In this document: in pieces, positions 61,987 to 64,000 of the stretch
How the letters are laid out: each line of letters starts with the position of its first letter
Position numbering within the stretch: the first letter of the stretch is position 1
DNA from: Bugula neritina
Taxonomy: Eukaryota > Animalia > Bryozoa
Length of the DNA stretch: 64,000 bases
Assembly (NCBI GenBank): GCA_964035545.1
Contig: CAXIUT010000110.1
Location: 462 to 64,461 of the forward strand
Reading direction: 5' to 3'
Notes under the pieces: generated by a model
The model's input: only the letters and a program-made list of their open reading frames with translations
What the model was told of the DNA's origin: nothing
Database searches by the model: none
Translations under genes and position numbers: made by a program

Positions 61987-63803
61987 GGTTGTAGTGGTAA
62001 AAATATTCTTGGCCATACTCTCAGGCCGGGGGTCCAGGGGGCCGCCCAGGCCCCCGGCGGGGCCCGGGGCAGCGCCCCGGCCACCGAAGCCCTCAGAGCA
62101 CTTCTGATGCAAATTTATGCAATTTAAAGCCATTGTGAATTATAATTCTTCTGAAAAAAATCTGTGTTGAAATGTGCACCTCGCTATTATTTTCATACCA
62201 TACCAGCTACATGACGACTGGGCATTGCTGCAAACTATATAAATATTCAGTCTTGTCCCATACCTGTTGACTGTAATGTAATGTAATGTAGTCTTACTCA
62301 ACTGCAGTTAGGTTTATTCTGACACTAAGTCCAACCTGTACAGAAAAATTGCTGAATATCTCAAAAAGATGGAAGGATAGAGGCAGGTAACAAGTGCTCT
62401 CCAAATGCAACCTGATTACTTTAAATAACTAATACAGTGCTGTGCACAGAAAAAGAATAATAGATCAGAACAGAGGAAGATTGCTAATCAGAAAATGTGT
62501 GTTGGTTAATTATAAAGAGCAATTTGAGTTGATAACTCATTGGCAAGCAGAAATTGGTTGAAAACCTATTTGGAGTTTATTAGAGTACTAGTCTAATCCA
62601 TAAGGTGATACCGCCACACCTCCTTACACACAATATAAAGCACACCGCAAGAAAAGTATGTTAACTTGGTTTTAAAATAAAACCCCTGAGCTTCCACTAG
62701 ATACATCAAGGAAATATACCCCAAAAGAACAAATTTGACAGGTTTAATATGTGTTAACCTAGAAGAGGATTAAATGTAAAGCCAGGCGTTAGTACAATCA
62801 AACATAAAAGGTTACTTATGGTGGTGTACAGTTTGCAAAACCTTATTGCATTGATAATTAACATGCAATAATGCTAGGTTTTTTGACCAAAATGTGGATA
62901 TAGTACCTGTAGACCTCAGTGATAAATTTTCATTAGCCTCTCCTACACACCTGGTACTGTTTCTTGAAGACATTTTGATTTTATTTCTGGATTTCATGTT
63001 GGTTTTTTCCAAATTCCATTGCTTATTGACAAAATGCAAGTTCACACATGATAGATAAGGGCCACCTTCTAGCTGTCACTGCCTTGCTGAGGCCACATTA
63101 TTAGTATATTATAAGAATTCAGTCCTGCCAAATAAAACCTCACTTAATTGTGCTAGAATTAAAATTTAAAAACCATGTTTTAGATCTTCCTGTTCCTCAG
63201 AGCACCTGTTTTTTGAGTTTTCAATATTTTTTTGCAAAGTTATCGACAAAAATCTACCCATTTTTGGCCAATTTTACCTGAACAATTTATTTTTCAATCC
63301 CTGCCAAATATCTCAGCGGGAAAGCATGGTATTTGAATAGAACAAACACTGTCGGAAACCTGAGAAATTTATGCATGGTAAATTTTTTGTTCAATCTTGT
63401 CAATAGCCTTCATAGATTTTCTACAAGTTAGTGATTTATACACTGAAAATGAAAGATTTTTTCCTTAGTAATCACCAATGCACAGCACTTCGCGCTTCAG
63501 TGAACACGTAGCCTAAAGATGAGAAGACTGAATGTTGATAGCTCTTATTATTCATAGTGTAATCTCAGGCTAAACAATCACAAGTAGGCAACACGCATGC
63601 CACCCACATAGCATCAACATAACAGGAACTTAAACTAGATTGTGAGCGAAATTTATGATATTCTCAGTGAGGATGCCCTAACTACCCTGTGCACTAATCA
63701 TCTTTCAAAAATATTATGCCCATACGGGCGTATGGCCTAGAACAGTCTATTTTCTTCTAGGCCATACGGCGTATGGGACCGTATGGGTACCACTACATCC
63801 CTG
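61984..63803. mobile_element. hAT-like non-autonomous DNA transposon (1.82 kb) inserted in (TA)n
   Basis: 16-bp TIR CAGGG(T/A)TGTAGTGGTA and a GC-rich subterminal region. Absent at the paralogous site (7572-8038). The TSD cannot be read inside (TA)n. Confidence 0.75.
63045..63691. mobile_element. CMC/EnSpm-like MITE nested in the hAT-like element
   Basis: Diverged relative of 32992-33747; CAC...GTG ends, 2-bp TSD CA. Confidence 0.8.
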
Positions 63804-63834
<31 letters not shown>

Positions 63835-64000
63835 TATCATTGTAATTTCTTTGTTTGAGTGGATTCTATATACAGTACTGTTTTAGTTTACAAACTGTAC
63901 TAAATAAATATTACTTAGTAGACCAAATAAATTTATATAATGGTAACTCGAGTTTTGCTGCGTTAGCTCATCATTATGCACCAGTTTTTGCAGTTTTTAG

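Overview
AT-rich animal (probably invertebrate) genomic DNA with spliceosomal introns. It holds a tandem duplication with a unit of about 55 kb. The unit carries a ZNFX1-like gene (UPF1-like SF1 RNA helicase followed by NF-X1-type zinc fingers). The 3' end of one paralog lies at 410-6823 (possibly to 9215). A second paralog can be spliced by hand into an uninterrupted frame of about 1620 aa at 16626-61164. A decayed TBCB-like (CAP-Gly) pseudogene lies between the paralogs. The introns of the complete paralog are packed with mobile DNA. Intron 10 (23648-30494) is a (TA)n-spaced string of hammerhead-bearing elements: a Naiad-type Penelope fragment, a 276-nt highly folded retrozyme-like unit bounded by two type I hammerheads, and a near-full-length Penelope/Poseidon-type element. 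Three Ty3/Gypsy elements follow. The first has an extra triple zinc-knuckle ORF after pol and is flanked by a 0.79-kb host duplication that copies a ZNFX1 exon. The second is young and non-autonomous, with a -1 frameshift signal, an in-frame reduced pol and an intron-containing C2H2/coiled-coil accessory gene. The third is a gag-protease-only element with identical LTRs. Several MITEs are also present (CMC/EnSpm-like, Harbinger-like, hAT-like). All calls were read by eye; no alignments or database searches were run.
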